Sequence record: SRR31156797_5325
DNA length: 64,000 nucleotides
Strand: one strand, 5' to 3'
Position 1 is the first letter of the stretch. Every line of letters begins with the position of its first letter. Below the pieces are notes generated by a model that saw nothing but the letters and a program-made list of their open reading frames with translations, did no database searches and was not told where the DNA came from. The position numbers and the translations under genes are program-made. Positions 9,313 through 19,236 of the stretch are shown one piece after another.

Positions 9313-10047
9313 TTACCTCTCTGGTGGTAATGCTCTAGCTGCCTGTACAACATGTAAACTGATTTTTTGCTGATGAGATTCAACTCGATGAGCCGGAGCC
9401 ATCACCGTTATTGCGCCAATCAATTTACTTCCTTTCATCACCGGAGCACTGATCCCAGATACGCCTGAATCGATTTCAGAGGTGCTCACGGCATAACCTC
9501 GTTGGCGAATATTTTCCAGCTCAAGCTGCCACTTTTCCAACTGTTCTTGTTGACCAAAGTAACGAAGTATTTTTTCGCAACGTTGAGCTGGCATAAATGC
9601 CAACATCGCTTTAGATGAGGCGCCTCGAAGCAGGGGTTGACTTTGACCCTGGACGTAGCTGCATCGCAGCGCCTGCATACTTTCTTTCTGGCTCACGCAC
9701 AAAGCTCGATATCCGACCGGAACCATGTACGCTGCCATTTCACCCGTTTGTTTTTGTAACCGAGTGAGGACGGCATCGACCTCATCAAGGTTATGTTGAC
9801 TAGTCTCATAGCTGTGCATCAGAAGCAAAGCTGCAGGACCGATGATAAGAGTCTTGTCGTAGGAGCTCTCTTCAATCAGACTCCACTCTTTCAGCAGTTT
9901 TAAATGACGATACAAACTACTTAATGGCACCTGAAGCTGTTCACTCAACGTTTTTGCCGAAACGGGGTCACTATTCACCGCTACTTGCATCAGAAGTTGC
10001 AATGACTTCTCATTCACTTGATTTGTAGGCAGTTTTATTTCTTTCAT
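9313..10047 (-). CDS. IclR-family transcriptional regulator
   Basis: N-terminal HTH (LSEQLQVPLSSLYRHL); C-terminal IRQRGYAVS...GISAPV effector domain. Start set at ATG 10047. Confidence 0.9.
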   Translation of the reverse strand: MKEIKLPTNQVNEKSLQLLMQVAVNSDPVSAKTLSEQLQVPLSSLYRHLKLLKEWSLIEESSYDKTLIIGPAALLLMHSYETSQHNLDEVDAVLTRLQKQTGEMAAYMVPVGYRALCVSQKESMQALRCSYVQGQSQPLLRGASSKAMLAFMPAQRCEKILRYFGQQEQLEKWQLELENIRQRGYAVSTSEIDSGVSGISAPVMKGSKLIGAITVMAPAHRVESHQQKISLHVVQAARALPPER

Positions 10048-10090
10048 AACGGATGTTTTAGCCTTTATTGATACGCCACTCAAACGCAGT

Positions 10091-10148
10091 TTCTTATATA
10101 ACGAGAATTTAATATAAATAGAAGCATTACATTCTCACAGAATGAGAA
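10091..10148. promoter_or_regulatory. Two putative IclR operators (TTCTCA-N5-TGAGAA)
   Basis: TTCTTATATAACGAGAA (10091-10107) and the perfect dyad TTCTCACAGAATGAGAA (10132-10148), both just upstream of the iclR-family gene. Confidence 0.65.
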
Positions 10149-10344
10149 AAGCATCCAACAAAGTACCAAGACGAATGAAATGACTTTGACAAGAAAATCA
10201 CAAACTCACTGAAGTTATGGGTAACATCTTAAAAATAACTCAAAGAAATGCATCGCAGTTATAAGATGTAGGTACCGAGAAGCTTGCTTTTTGTGATATA
10301 TGTCGGCAACCTCTACCGACAGTTGGCATTAAAGGATAAAACCC

Positions 10345-10965
10345 ATGAATTTAATCAAACCCTTATCGTTCGCTTTAGCCGTTATTTTCAGCGCCTCTGC
10401 CGCTGCTAAAGTGACGGTAGAAGTACCGAATACCGTTGATCTTCTGGTCGTCAATGGTGAAAAGCCACAAACCTCTGGCAGTCTGTTTTCTTCAAGTGAT
10501 ACCCTAGAGCTGGAAGATGGGGAAAACCAAATCGTGTTTCGCTTTGAACCGTTTTTCACTCAAGGCGATGATCGCGTAGGTGTTTCAAGTGATGTGGTAA
10601 TTGCAAAGTTCACGACCCAAGACAAAGAACTGATGTTCTCCCTACCTGAGTATCGAGATGCAAAATCTGCCCAGAAAGATATAAAGAATTTCGAATGGTC
10701 ATTAATCGATAACAACCAACAAGCTGTTGAGATTAAACAAGATCGTTTAACCAAAAGTGGCATGCAGCTTGGACGAAATTACGCCCAAGAAACGCTGGAA
10801 TACAATCGCTCTGGTGCAATTGCGTCAGTCGCAGTAGCAGGATCATCAATGCAAATGCCTACCAATGCCAACAGTGACACGGCAGAAGAGATGTTGCACT
10901 TCTGGTACAACAAAGCCGATAAGCAAACTCAACAACGTTTCAAACAGTTCATTAACGCTCAGTAA
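10345..10965 (+). CDS. DUF2057 (YccT-like) periplasmic protein
   Basis: Signal peptide; DLLVVNG..., GENQIVFRF, EEMLHFWYNKAD C-terminus. Confidence 0.85.
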   Translation: MNLIKPLSFALAVIFSASAAAKVTVEVPNTVDLLVVNGEKPQTSGSLFSSSDTLELEDGENQIVFRFEPFFTQGDDRVGVSSDVVIAKFTTQDKELMFSLPEYRDAKSAQKDIKNFEWSLIDNNQQAVEIKQDRLTKSGMQLGRNYAQETLEYNRSGAIASVAVAGSSMQMPTNANSDTAEEMLHFWYNKADKQTQQRFKQFINAQ

Positions 10966-12229
10966 CCCACTGATATGAGCTCTCTGCAATCGAGAGCTCA
11001 TAACACTCTTTAGCATTTTGTAGCACCACATCAAACACATCGTTATCCATCCGCCCGCAGCTCACTTCATGGGTCATAATGTTCATCACTTCTTCTAAAG
11101 ACATTCGTCCGCGATAAGGGCGAGCTTGAGTTAACGCCTGGAATACATCTGCGACAGCAATAATTCTTGAAGGCAAATCCAGTTCGTTGGCATGTAAGCC
11201 ACGTGGATAACCAGAACCGTCTAATCGTTCATGGTGATTACTCGCCCATTCGCAAATGGTAGAATCACCAAACATCATTCTTAACGTATAAAGTGAATCC
11301 GTTGAATGGCGCTGAATACATAAGTACTCACTTTCACTCAACTTACCTGGCTTATGTAAAATATCTTCAGGGGTATGAAGTTTTCCGATGTCATGGACTA
11401 AACCGGTCAAATAGAGTGCTTTTTGTAGTTCTCTATCCAAACCCAGTTTCTCTGCTAAGTAGTGACATAGCTCTGCCACTTTCTGTGAGTGAGAAAACGT
11501 AAAGGTACTTTTGGCGTCAACGATATTTGCCATCAACATCGCAATAGCAAATACGTCATTGATATCTTGTGACTGCTCAAAAAAAGGGACAGAAGGGAAA
11601 AGATTACCAATTGATTCAACATGATGAGCTTCCATCGAGAACCAAAGAAACTCCTGACTCAATAGGTGTTGCATCTCACGAACAAAATCTGGCTCGAACA
11701 GGGTTCCGCTCAAACGACCAATTTCCAGACAGACTTCATTTCTCGCCTCTTTGGTCACATTACCGAACTGATCTTTTTCATAAAGTTCTTTGAGGTAATC
11801 CACCCTATCTGTAAGAAAAACCATCGCTGCAAAACGTTTGGCTTGGTCAGAAATTTGAATAGATTTCAGCTCTTCCCATGGCGTATGGTGATACAAAATG
11901 GCATCGGCAAAAATTGAGAACGGCGGGCACTGAGAGAGAAGTTGGTGACCACGAATGCAATGTTGTCGAACATTTTCAGGTTGCATTGCATCCAGCAGGT
12001 TATAAAAATCTCGTTTTTGAGCAACACCGCAATCGTGTATCAAACCAAAAGCGAAGACAAGCTGACACTCCTCTTCACTCCACTCCATAGATCGGGCGCA
12101 AGAGTGCGCCATATACGCCACACGATGGCCATGATTGATATCATCAATACCAATCGAGTCAAGAGCACGAGCAATACAAAAAAAAGTTTGACGAATATTA
12201 ACCCGCCATTCGAGCTTCACTGGTTTCAT
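10952..12229 (-). CDS. Double HD-GYP cyclic dinucleotide phosphodiesterase, V-cGAP1 (VCA0681)-like
   Basis: Degenerate N-terminal HD domain (IHDCG) plus intact VHDIGK...HHERLDGSGYP; sequence closely resembles V. cholerae VCA0681 as I recall it. Confidence 0.88.
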   Translation of the reverse strand: MKPVKLEWRVNIRQTFFCIARALDSIGIDDINHGHRVAYMAHSCARSMEWSEEECQLVFAFGLIHDCGVAQKRDFYNLLDAMQPENVRQHCIRGHQLLSQCPPFSIFADAILYHHTPWEELKSIQISDQAKRFAAMVFLTDRVDYLKELYEKDQFGNVTKEARNEVCLEIGRLSGTLFEPDFVREMQHLLSQEFLWFSMEAHHVESIGNLFPSVPFFEQSQDINDVFAIAMLMANIVDAKSTFTFSHSQKVAELCHYLAEKLGLDRELQKALYLTGLVHDIGKLHTPEDILHKPGKLSESEYLCIQRHSTDSLYTLRMMFGDSTICEWASNHHERLDGSGYPRGLHANELDLPSRIIAVADVFQALTQARPYRGRMSLEEVMNIMTHEVSCGRMDNDVFDVVLQNAKECYELSIAESSYQWVTER

Positions 12230-12293
12230 AGGCTAACCCTGTCGATATGCCATACTATTAATGTAGTAGCACATCTAAACATTGCTAAACTAT

Positions 12294-13598
12294 CTAGTGA
12301 TAGTTTTCACCAACTGTTAGCCCCTGCACAAGTTGAGCATTATCCGAGTCGTCATCGGTAGACAGCTTGTAACAGTAATGCGCATTTCGCTCCAAACAGC
12401 CAAAAATCTCTCTATCAAGCTGGTTCCTGTCCACCAAACCACGAACAATTTCTAGAGCCTGATATAGCGGAACTCCAGGACGATAAGGACGCGACTGCGT
12501 TAGTGCTTGAAATACATCTGAAACCGCGATAATCCTGCTTGGTCTGTCCAATTGATATGCAAGCTTTCCTAACGGATAGCCCGAGCCATCTAAGCGCTCA
12601 TGGTGATTTGAAGCCCACTCCAACACCCGCTGTGAACAAAAAATGTTCTGCAATACAAAACGAGTATCTGTCGCATGCCGTTTTATACAGTTGTACTCTT
12701 CATCCGTTAGTTTACCGGGCTTATGCAGTATCGAATCCGGCGTGTGCAGTTTGCCTATATCATGAATAAGCCCTGCTAAATACAGCATCTTTTGCATTTT
12801 GGGTGAGTAGCCCAAATCTCTAGCGATAAATTTCGCGAGCTGTGCAACTTTCAATGAATGTTGAAAAGTGAACGAGCTTTTCGCATCGACAATCTTGGCA
12901 AAGAACTCCGCCACCGCAATCGTACCATCAAGCCCGATACGACCAGAGAAAAACGGTACTGGCTGCATATCAAAATACATTTGCTCGATGTATTTCGGCT
13001 TCATTGCAAACCAAAAATCGTCTCGGCTCACAAGCTGAGTTAAGTTTTCCACCATGTTAGGCTCAAAAACAGTTCCAGCCTGACTTTTCAGCTCTTCGCA
13101 AATTTTTTGCTTACTTTCAGGGAACAGGTTACCAAATGCATCCTTTCGGCCCTTTCTCATCAAATGGTCAAATCGATTTGCTAAAAAAATCATTGCTGAC
13201 AACTGCTTATCAGTTTCAGAAATATCCATGTCTTTCAGCTCTTGCCACATTGTATGATGGTAAAGAACCGGTGTTGCGAAACAGGATAATGGCGGACACT
13301 CTTTCAGTAAGGTGTAACCTTTTTCACAGTGGCGAGAGAAACTGCCAGTTAAACATTGAGGGAAAAGCGGTAGTAGATTCCGTGACTGAGCTCCGCCACA
13401 GTCATGAAGAAGACCAATTGAAAAACCGAGCTGAGCTTGCTCCTCATCCCACCCCATAAACACAGCACAACGATAAGCGATATAAGCCACGTGATAGCCG
13501 TGATAGGGTGCTTCCAGTTCGACTGCATCAATCGCTTGAGCAATCCCCAGTAGTGCTTGACGCAAGTTGACTCTCGCATCTGCATTTGTTGCTTCCAT
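12294..13598 (-). CDS. Double HD-GYP phosphodiesterase, paralog of the adjacent gene
   Basis: Same architecture: LHDCG, IHDIGK, HHERLDGSGYP, RPYR. Confidence 0.88.
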   Translation of the reverse strand: MEATNADARVNLRQALLGIAQAIDAVELEAPYHGYHVAYIAYRCAVFMGWDEEQAQLGFSIGLLHDCGGAQSRNLLPLFPQCLTGSFSRHCEKGYTLLKECPPLSCFATPVLYHHTMWQELKDMDISETDKQLSAMIFLANRFDHLMRKGRKDAFGNLFPESKQKICEELKSQAGTVFEPNMVENLTQLVSRDDFWFAMKPKYIEQMYFDMQPVPFFSGRIGLDGTIAVAEFFAKIVDAKSSFTFQHSLKVAQLAKFIARDLGYSPKMQKMLYLAGLIHDIGKLHTPDSILHKPGKLTDEEYNCIKRHATDTRFVLQNIFCSQRVLEWASNHHERLDGSGYPLGKLAYQLDRPSRIIAVSDVFQALTQSRPYRPGVPLYQALEIVRGLVDRNQLDREIFGCLERNAHYCYKLSTDDDSDNAQLVQGLTVGENYH

Positions 13599-13810
13599 TT
13601 TTTGCCAACTAAACTATTTTATTATCATAATGGCCAGAAATATAAATCAAACGTATTAGTTTGTCCGTTTAATATTTGTGGTTACTCTCCCGTTACTCAA
13701 AAAATGTGACAACCATATTAAATAGAACGCCATATTGTCATTTGTGGAAACTTAACTTACCGAAAGTTGTGAACAATATCCAACTTAGTGCTTATTAAAA
13801 ATGCCCAAAT

Positions 13811-13841
13811 AAAAAAGCGCTGAACCTAAGTTCAACGCTTT
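13811..13841 (-). terminator. Intrinsic terminator of the DASS transporter gene
   Basis: AAAAAAGCGCTGAAC-CTAA-GTTCAACGCTTT hairpin with a U-tract on the minus strand. Confidence 0.7.
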
Positions 13842-13882
13842 GTATGGAGTGATAATTAGCTTTAGCGGTCGCTAAACGCCAA

Positions 13883-15268
13883 TTACCACAAAGTCATCGC
13901 AATGACCGTTAGCAGTCCGATACACACGATATTAAGTACCAAGCCCACTCTCATCATCTCACTTTGTTGGATGTGACCTGTACCAAATACAATCGCATTG
14001 GGTGGTGTTGCAACAGGTAACATGAATGCACAAGAAGCAGACACCGCAATAAGAACCGAAAGCAGCACTGGCGAAACGCCAAACACTTCCGCAACACTGG
14101 CGAAGACAGGCACCAGTAACGCAGCACTTGCAGTATTACTGGCAAACTCAGTGAGGAAAACCACAAACAAGGCAATCACAGCGACAATGAAGAATAGACC
14201 AAAATGAGAAATCAACTGACTAAGCTCATTGGCTAAAAATACACTGGTACCCGTTTGCTTTAACACATTACTTAAACAAATACCGCCGCCAAACAACAGC
14301 AATACACCCCAGTCAGCGGTTTTCTCAATATCTTTCCAATGAACAACACGAGCAAAGCTCACCATGATGATTGCAGACAGTGCAATAATGGTATCAAAGC
14401 TTTTAAAACCACCGAGCATGGCATTCACTGGCTTACTAAAGATCCACAAAAATACCACCAGTGAAAAGATACCAAGCGTAACAACTTTACCTTTATCCCA
14501 ATCAACTGGCTCAGAATGAGTCTCAAAATGACCACTAAGATCCGGCTTCAGCATGAAGTAAAGAATGGCCAGACAAACAGGCAGCATAATCAGTGATGTC
14601 GGTAAACCAAACTTCATCCAGTCAACAAAAGTTAACCCCACTTCAGCGGCTGCAATGGCGTTGGGAGGACTGCCTACCACGGTAGCAATACCACCGATAC
14701 TGGCACTATAAGCAATACCGAGTAGAACAAAGACATAAGTACTGTGGCCACGATCATCATCAACCTTACTTAACACACCAAGCACTAAAGGAAGCATCAT
14801 CGCCGTTGTCGCTGTGTTACTGATCCACATAGAAAGGCCGGCCGACACACCGAACAACATAAATATGGCGACACTCATTCTTCCCTGAGCCAGCACCAGT
14901 ACTTTGTCTGCAATCACTTTGTCTAAGCCCTGACGATGCATGGCTGCCGCCAAAGCAAAACCGCCCAAAAACAAAAAGATGATGGAATTGGCAAAGTTAT
15001 TCAGAGCTGACTGGGTATCAAAGACACCCAGCAAGACAGCCATAACCGGAACTAGGATAGCTGTTACCGTGACATGTAACGCTTCGGTCAACCACAAAAT
15101 AGCGATGAACGTGAGCATACTTATGCCAAGAACAATGTTGGGCTCAAAAGGCAGGGTAAAGTACAAAACACAAAACAGCGCAATATCAGCTAAAACTATC
15201 AAACTGTTTCGATTGAGTAACCACTCTCGAGTGTTACTGGGTAGAGGGACACTATCATTTCTATTCAT
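13883..15268 (-). CDS. Na+/dicarboxylate symporter, DASS/SLC13 family (VcINDY ortholog)
   Basis: Two SNT motifs (WISNTAT, FASNTAS), GSPPN and ATPPN; N-terminus [10 protein letters not shown] matches VcINDY. Confidence 0.95.
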   Translation of the reverse strand: MNRNDSVPLPSNTREWLLNRNSLIVLADIALFCVLYFTLPFEPNIVLGISMLTFIAILWLTEALHVTVTAILVPVMAVLLGVFDTQSALNNFANSIIFLFLGGFALAAAMHRQGLDKVIADKVLVLAQGRMSVAIFMLFGVSAGLSMWISNTATTAMMLPLVLGVLSKVDDDRGHSTYVFVLLGIAYSASIGGIATVVGSPPNAIAAAEVGLTFVDWMKFGLPTSLIMLPVCLAILYFMLKPDLSGHFETHSEPVDWDKGKVVTLGIFSLVVFLWIFSKPVNAMLGGFKSFDTIIALSAIIMVSFARVVHWKDIEKTADWGVLLLFGGGICLSNVLKQTGTSVFLANELSQLISHFGLFFIVAVIALFVVFLTEFASNTASAALLVPVFASVAEVFGVSPVLLSVLIAVSASCAFMLPVATPPNAIVFGTGHIQQSEMMRVGLVLNIVCIGLLTVIAMTLW

Positions 15269-15504
15269 TATTATTTTCCTTATAAGAAGCCTTGTTTCAG
15301 CTCTATAAGCGTTGAGCGAGAGCTGATACCGACCGTTTTATGTTCGCACACAATCAAACAAGGAAATAATAATAAATCGTCAATTCGTTAACGTAACCAC
15401 AAACAATTTTCACAAATTAACATCTTGATAACTATTAAATTATCAAGATACACATTCAAATACACTGAACAAATGAAACTACTGTTTAAAACATAAACAA
15501 ACCG

Positions 15505-16359
15505 TCATAAGTTGTTTGTAATGACATCAAACGCCTTCATGACTTCAGGGCACATCATGACTCTGCCATGTCCCTGTCCTTTGGTCGGATACAGTGTCAC
15601 TCTCTCCATTTCCTGTGAAGCCTGAAGCGCGACAGAGAACTTAGCAAATTTGTCTCCTTCGTCGTGCACGATCATGGTCTGAACGTCACGCGACTTGAGC
15701 TTCTGATAAGGATCGACAGATTGAATCGGATAGCGGTACTCATCTTGGACTTCATTCACAACCTCTTCAAACAGACGCATTGAATACCCAGAACGAGCTA
15801 CTGTACTAAATAGGTTATCAACATAATCCAGAACAGGCGCAATTAATACCATCGGTCGATCAACGATTTTTGCATGTCGACACTCCAACGCTGTAGCGCA
15901 GCCCATACTGTGCCCCACTAAGCCAACCACATCCTCTTCGCTATCCAAAATCGTTTCTAGACCACGAATGAATGCTGGAATATGACCAAATAGCCCTTCG
16001 CTCTCACCATGAGCCGGGTGATCATAAGCCAGAGCAGTAAAACCTTGCGCTGCAATATGCTCCATCAAAGGGTAAAACTGGTTTGACGACCCCGACCAGC
16101 CATGAGTCAGCACCCAAACAGGGCCAGAACCTAATCGAAAAGTCGTCAACTTACCTTCAGGACAATCGACTTGAGACTTAATCAACCCCGCGGGTTGCTG
16201 GTTTTTATCCTTCATACGCGATGGCGTTAAAAACAACTTCTTAGCGGTTTTTCGCGCATGCGTAGGCGCAATAGAGTGGTGAAGCCGAGTGGTGACACTG
16301 ACTAGACTACGTCGCCAATTAAAACGTTGTGACGTATTGAAATAGATTTTTTCACTCAT
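15505..16359 (-). CDS. Alpha/beta hydrolase
   Basis: HGWSG, GHSMG nucleophile elbow, HDEGD, GH. Confidence 0.9.
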   Translation of the reverse strand: MSEKIYFNTSQRFNWRRSLVSVTTRLHHSIAPTHARKTAKKLFLTPSRMKDKNQQPAGLIKSQVDCPEGKLTTFRLGSGPVWVLTHGWSGSSNQFYPLMEHIAAQGFTALAYDHPAHGESEGLFGHIPAFIRGLETILDSEEDVVGLVGHSMGCATALECRHAKIVDRPMVLIAPVLDYVDNLFSTVARSGYSMRLFEEVVNEVQDEYRYPIQSVDPYQKLKSRDVQTMIVHDEGDKFAKFSVALQASQEMERVTLYPTKGQGHGRVMMCPEVMKAFDVITNNL

Positions 16360-16373
16360 GATTATCCTTAAAA

Positions 16374-16389
16374 GCGAACGGTCGTGCTT
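16374..16389. promoter_or_regulatory. Putative TetR operator upstream of the hydrolase
   Basis: GCGAACGGTCGTGCTT shares the ACGGTCGT core with the dyad upstream of tetR. Confidence 0.6.
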
Positions 16390-16404
16390 TTTATAAATAA
16401 ATTT

Positions 16405-16995
16405 TTAATTTTTCCAGCGACTAAGCAAATCACTGACGCCTTGCCAGAAATGTTGATAGCTCTGGTCTTGTCCATAAATTGAATAGAAAAGATGTGCACT
16501 TAAGTACAAACCATACAGCTCGTAGGCGGCTTGGTAAGTATCGAGATCAGAGCGGAATTGACCGTTACTCACACCTTTACCAATCTGTATTTGCAAATAC
16601 TGAACCCATGAAGAGATGGTCTGCTTTAATTGTTGCTGTAAAGGGCAGTCTGTCTTAGCAGATTCTTTCCAGGCATCCAAAAACATGCAGCTTCCCTGAA
16701 ATGAATGATTCCATCCCAACCAGTTATCAAGGATAGAACGCAGTTTACTCTCTATATTATCGTCACCGAGCTCTCTAGCGGGCGCGATCACACGAGAGAT
16801 AAACACTTCATTTGCATGACCAACAACCGATATTTGTAGGTTTTCTTTCGAGTTAAAATGAGCAAACAATCCGCTTTTGGACATGCCGCACTGCTTAGCC
16901 AATTCTCCAATGGTTAAGCTCTCCAAACCATTTTCACTTGCTAGCTCAAATGCTTTAGCCAGAATATTTTCGCGGGTAATTTTTCCTTTACTCAT
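16405..16995 (-). CDS. TetR/AcrR-family regulator
   Basis: LTIGELAKQCGMSKSGLFAHFNSKENL HTH. Confidence 0.93.
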   Translation of the reverse strand: MSKGKITRENILAKAFELASENGLESLTIGELAKQCGMSKSGLFAHFNSKENLQISVVGHANEVFISRVIAPARELGDDNIESKLRSILDNWLGWNHSFQGSCMFLDAWKESAKTDCPLQQQLKQTISSWVQYLQIQIGKGVSNGQFRSDLDTYQAAYELYGLYLSAHLFYSIYGQDQSYQHFWQGVSDLLSRWKN

Positions 16996-17043
16996 TGTTC
17001 TTCAAGTTTAGGGTCTGTTGACCTAGTAATGATTAGTGAATAT

Positions 17044-17059
17044 TAGTACGGTCGTTCTA
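17044..17059. promoter_or_regulatory. Putative TetR autoregulatory operator
   Basis: Imperfect dyad TAGTACGGTCGTTCTA about 50 bp upstream of tetR. Confidence 0.6.
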
Positions 17060-17106
17060 TTTTTAAAAGTATCTTCTAAAAAAATTTATTAACCTCAAAT
17101 AACCCC

Positions 17107-17138
17107 TTGACCCTGTACCAAGATACAATGTTTATACT
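17107..17138 (+). promoter_or_regulatory. MerR-type promoter with a long spacer
   Basis: TTGACC-20 bp-TATACT with an internal dyad (TGTA-N6-TACA). Confidence 0.8.
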
Positions 17139-17169
17139 TTAACCATCACTCACTACTCAGGATTAAGGC

Positions 17170-17589
17170 ATGGCGTTTTTAACTCGCGGTCAACTGGCTA
17201 AACAGCTCGGTTTAACCACCGAAGCGATACGCTTTTATGAAAAACAAGAGTTAATCAAACCGCAGAGAGCCAGTAATGGTTATCGTCTTTACGATCAGAA
17301 CTGCGTCGAACGGTTAAGGTTCATTCTACATGCCAAAGAAGTGGGATTAGCGCTGAGTGACATTCAGGAACTGCTTTCTATTCAAATAGAGCCCGATCAG
17401 CATACTTGTCAGGAGGTAAAGGATATTACTCAGGCCAAGCTGGCAAATATCAAGCAGCGAATAGCCCAACTTCAACATATGCACGATGCGTTAACCGTGA
17501 TTAACCAACGTTGCTGTGGCGGTGCTCATTCAGCGGAGCACTGCACAATCCTTACCGCATTATCCGACACTCAGCCAAGCGAGGTTTAG
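17170..17589 (+). CDS. zntR: Zn(II)-responsive MerR-family regulator (ZntR-like)
   Basis: IRFYEK/NGYRLY HTH; metal ligands HTC and RCCGG...HC. Confidence 0.8.
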   Translation: MAFLTRGQLAKQLGLTTEAIRFYEKQELIKPQRASNGYRLYDQNCVERLRFILHAKEVGLALSDIQELLSIQIEPDQHTCQEVKDITQAKLANIKQRIAQLQHMHDALTVINQRCCGGAHSAEHCTILTALSDTQPSEV

Positions 17590-17590
17590 T

Positions 17591-18673
17591 ATGCAAACCA
17601 TGACTCTCTTTTTAGACACACTGCTCGACCTTTGGCTTGATGCTTCCTTTTGGCTGATTATTGGACTGGTGATCGCCGGTGTTCTAAAAGCCACACTGAG
17701 CAACGATAAACTTGGGCGTCATCTCTCCGGGAACGGAATGTGGCCCAGTATCAAAGCGGCAATTTTAGGCATTCCGCTTCCTCTTTGCTCTTGTGGCGTT
17801 ATTCCCGCGGCTGTGGGTTTACGTCGTGGTGGCGCATCTAAAAGCGCGACGACTGCATTTTTAATATCGACCCCAGAAACCGGCGTGGACTCCATTGCCA
17901 TTTCCTATGCCTTACTGGGGCCTTTTATGGCTGTCATCCGCCCGATTGCAGCCACCGCTTCGGCAATCAGTGCCGCATTCTTAGTACTGATTACTGACAA
18001 GGAACAACAACCTCCAATCACTGAAACACCAAAAACCAACGCCTGCTGCTCAGGTAACAGTGGATGCAGTAGTAAAAAACCAGCCGCTAGCGAAAGCGAA
18101 TCTTGGGTAAAAAAACTGTGGCAAGGACAACGCTATGCATTTACTGATCTGATAAAAGATCTGTCACTGTGGTTGATTGCTGGCATCATTATTTCAGCCT
18201 TAGTGGTGACGTTTGTTCCTTCTGAAGCACTAGTGGAAATCAGTCGAAGTCCTTGGGCAATGTTGATGATGGCTCTGATTGGCGTGCCAATGTATATTTG
18301 TGCTTCGGCTTCTACGCCGATTGCAGCAGGTTTGATGCTGGCCGGAGTGTCACCGGGTGCCGTTTTGGTCTTTCTGTTAGCGGGTCCAGCAACCAATATG
18401 GCGACATTAGGCATCGTTCAAAAAGAACTTGGGACTCGAACACTGATTAGCTATTTGACGGGTGTCGTGGGTATCGCCATCTTATTTGGCTATTTAACCA
18501 ACTTTCTGGTGGACAGTTTATCAATCAATATTCAGGCCCAACTCGGTGCCAGCAATCAGCTTCTTCCTGATGCTCTTGCATGGGCAAGCGGTATCTTTTT
18601 AGCGGTAATTATTATGATGGATTTACGTAAGAGGTGGATAAACACTAAGAATCCGACTAGCTGCTGCTCTTAA
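17591..18673 (+). CDS. Metal permease, SO_0444/ArsP-like family
   Basis: PLCSCG, STPETG, PMYICA motifs; Cys-rich loop; SCCS C-terminus. Start ATG 17591 follows a GAGG RBS. Confidence 0.85.
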   Translation: MQTMTLFLDTLLDLWLDASFWLIIGLVIAGVLKATLSNDKLGRHLSGNGMWPSIKAAILGIPLPLCSCGVIPAAVGLRRGGASKSATTAFLISTPETGVDSIAISYALLGPFMAVIRPIAATASAISAAFLVLITDKEQQPPITETPKTNACCSGNSGCSSKKPAASESESWVKKLWQGQRYAFTDLIKDLSLWLIAGIIISALVVTFVPSEALVEISRSPWAMLMMALIGVPMYICASASTPIAAGLMLAGVSPGAVLVFLLAGPATNMATLGIVQKELGTRTLISYLTGVVGIAILFGYLTNFLVDSLSINIQAQLGASNQLLPDALAWASGIFLAVIIMMDLRKRWINTKNPTSCCS

Positions 18674-18776
18674 ATGACCAATATTAAGCAACATCCCTCT
18701 GACGAATCGGTCAAAGGGATGATGTTCCAAAAGTCAGTTCAACAAAGCGAAACGGACTGACCGTTACTCTGGCGTT

Positions 18777-19064
18777 TTACAAATTTAACTCTCTAATATA
18801 GAAATTATATTTCTGTTCAACTTGTTGCTTTGCGAGTTGCTGACGAGCACCTTGAGGCGCACCATCATTCATTATCTGAATAATTGGCGTTGTTTCAATT
18901 CGAGCGATCTCTTTTGCCTTCCATTGATCAAGTTTTGCTTGAATCTGCTCATTGGTGAGAGTCCGTTTAATCGTTTCTACACTGAGTGTTTCAATTGGAG
19001 AGCTTGCCATTGCAGCGGTAGAAAACAACAAAGCCAAAATAGAAATGTGAGAAGTCACTTTCAT
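18777..19064 (-). CDS. Small exported protein of unknown function (95 aa)
   Basis: AAGGA RBS, then signal peptide MKVTSHISILALLFSTAAMA. The longer ORF-track start is unlikely. Confidence 0.65.
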   Translation of the reverse strand: MKVTSHISILALLFSTAAMASSPIETLSVETIKRTLTNEQIQAKLDQWKAKEIARIETTPIIQIMNDGAPQGARQQLAKQQVEQKYNFYIRELNL

Positions 19065-19236
19065 ATCCATTTCCTTATCGTCTATTGCGGAGGACCTAAT
19101 AATTGTAGAAGAGATATTAAAGTCTGTGAGCCTTTTGAGATGATATCTTGGTCTAATAAACTCACGCTCCCAAGACAGCAAGGACTGGCTGGTCCCTACT
19201 AAGTTAGAAACCAGCCACAACTGACACTGAAGTCAA

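Noticed and set aside
17008-17024. TTAGGGTCTGTTGACCT, reminiscent of the end of a dispersed Vibrio repeat/MITE
   Set aside because: Only 17 bp, no partner end in the window, and the resemblance is from memory alone
19080-19230. c-di-GMP or other riboswitch ahead of the small exported protein
   Set aside because: No GEMM-type consensus seen; the main hairpin fits an MCP terminator
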